From positions 114,080,001-114,144,000 of the forward strand of contig NC_042999.1 in NCBI RefSeq assembly GCF_006345805.1: a DNA stretch of 64,000 bases, in the 5' to 3' direction. Shown piece by piece: positions 62,380 through 64,000 of the stretch; position 1 is the first letter of the stretch, and each line of letters opens with the position of its first letter. Source of the stretch: Octopus sinensis. Lineage: Eukaryota. The notes under the pieces are model-generated. The model worked only from the letters and a program-made list of their open reading frames with translations. It did no database searches and was not told the origin of the DNA. Made by a program: the position numbers and the translations under genes.

Positions 62380-62532
62380 CTTTCAGATTCTGTCTACCAA
62401 ATCCACTCAGAAGGTTTTGGTCAACTTGGAGCTAGAGTAGAAGGCACTTGCCTAAGTTGCCACGCAGTGAAAATAACCCTGGAACCACATGGTTGGGAAG
62501 CAAGTTTCTTACCACACAGCCACACCTGCACC
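62380..62532 (-). mobile_element. SINE family A, 5' portion
   Basis: Reverse complement of the 50907 head. Confidence 0.82.
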
Positions 62533-62550
62533 TATATATATATATATATA

Positions 62551-63955
62551 TATGATGCTTGGACAGAGATGTGTTGATGTATGTTGTGTACAAGAGGTGA
62601 GGTGGAGAGGAGCTTCAGCCAGAGTTTTTACAGGCAAAGCATGTAGGTATAAACTCTTCTGGGGAGGTAATAGTGATGGAATAGGGGGTGTGGGCATACT
62701 TCTTGCAGTGAAATGGGTAGATAAGGTCATAGAGGTAGTGAGGGTGTGTGATAGAGTACTCAAACTCAGGCTAATCTTGCAGACTGGTATGGCTACAATT
62801 ATCACTGCCTACGCCCCACAAGTGGGTCTACCAAATGAACAGAAGGATCACTTTTATGATATTCTTCTGCAGGCTACCTCAAAGATGAGTGACAATAATC
62901 TCATCTTTGTGGCAGGAGATTTTAATGGGCATGTCGGACAGCAACCTAGTATCTCCCATGGTGTACAGTGAGGCCATGGTGTTGGTACCAGAAATGAAGA
63001 GGGAACTAGGCTCCTGGAGTTCTGTGATGCAAATAACCTATTGATCTGCAACACCATCTTCAAGAAACCAGCTAGTTACCTGATAACCTATCAATCAGGT
63101 GACTCTGCTAGCCAGATTAATTTCATTCTCATCAGACAGCAGGATGCATGGCTGCTCTTAAATACAAAGACCCTCTCTGGTGAAGAATGTATCCTGCAAC
63201 ATAGACTAGTTATTAGAGACTTGAGGCCAGAAGGATGCCAAAAAGCAGGCCAGTCTGGAAAAGAAGGACTTGGAAGCTTAAGAACCCTTCACATGGTCAG
63301 AGATTTAGGTATATCCTTACCGAGAAATTTGATGATAGTGAGGAGGAGCTAGACCTGTGACAGAGAAGGCAGCTGGGAATTCCTGTGGGATAGCTTGCTG
63401 ACTGCCACAGACCAAATCTGTGGCTGGTGCAAAGTCCCTTCCAGACCTAGGGTAACATGATGGTGGAACAATACTGTAAACAGGGCCATTAGAGCAAAGA
63501 AACAGGCTTCAAAGGCCAGGAAGAGTGGGAGTAGCAGGAGAATGTATCAGATAGCCAAAAGGGAAGCTAAGAGACAGGTATATATAGCCAGGGGAGTAGC
63601 AGAAAAGAAGTTTGCCAATGTTCAGTGACGCGAGGACCAAAGAACTGAAGTATTTCAGATTGCAAGACAGTGTGTGAGAGAAAACCGTGATGTCATAGGA
63701 GAGAAATGTGTCTGCATGGATGATGGTGCCCTTGCATTTAATGATTCTGCAAAGAAAGAGGCTAGGAGATGCCATTATGAAAGACTGCTGAATGTGGAGA
63801 ATGAATGGGAGGTGGAGAGTCTGCCAAAGGTTGACTCAATTGAGGGACCAGCTATCCGAATCTACAGTACCCTGGTAGATAAAACAATTAAGGATATGAA
63901 GACATAGAAAGCACCTGGCCCATCAGGAATCACTGCTGAGATACTTAAAATATCG
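62551..63955 (+). pseudogene. RTE family 1 LINE: APE endonuclease plus linker, decayed
   Basis: VDVCCVQEVRWRG, GVGILL, TAYAPQVG, VAGDFNGHVG, ASQINFIL, RENRDVIGEKCV. Several stops and frameshifts. Confidence 0.93.
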
Positions 63956-64000
63956 AGCTGTGTGTAGTATTTTGTCCGTCTTTATGTTCTGAGTTCAAAT

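Overview
AT-rich eukaryotic, repeat-saturated DNA. I can support no host protein-coding gene, RNA gene or CRISPR array, so it is intergenic or deep intronic. The SINE/RTE/microsatellite landscape looks like an Octopus genome (inference from recalled repeat families, not a search). Transposon content: a deleted Ty3/Gypsy element (protease DSG, RT YIDD, LTR followed by a tRNA-Trp-type PBS), two RTE-clade LINE families (one ~590-codon RT fragment with one stop and a C-terminal C2H2 finger), a restriction-like endonuclease 3' end of an R2/R4/NeSL-type LINE, two decayed mariners, a full-length decayed piggyBac (2714 bp, 14-bp TIRs, ATAT instead of TTAA target duplication) with related TTAA MITEs, a non-autonomous Helitron, hAT-type MITEs and dozens of tRNA-headed SINEs. 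The main unexplained signal is that four otherwise dissimilar short repeats each carry a minimal hammerhead-ribozyme-like fold with a palindromic stem III. One is canonical (C3-G8). The others change core positions 3 and 8, including a compensated U3-A8 pair. Two of them sit in long inverted repeats. Several near-perfect foldbacks (45, 112, ~119, ~165 bp arms) and a 941-bp near-identical tandem duplication are also present. All matches were made by eye, and coordinates of decayed elements are approximate.
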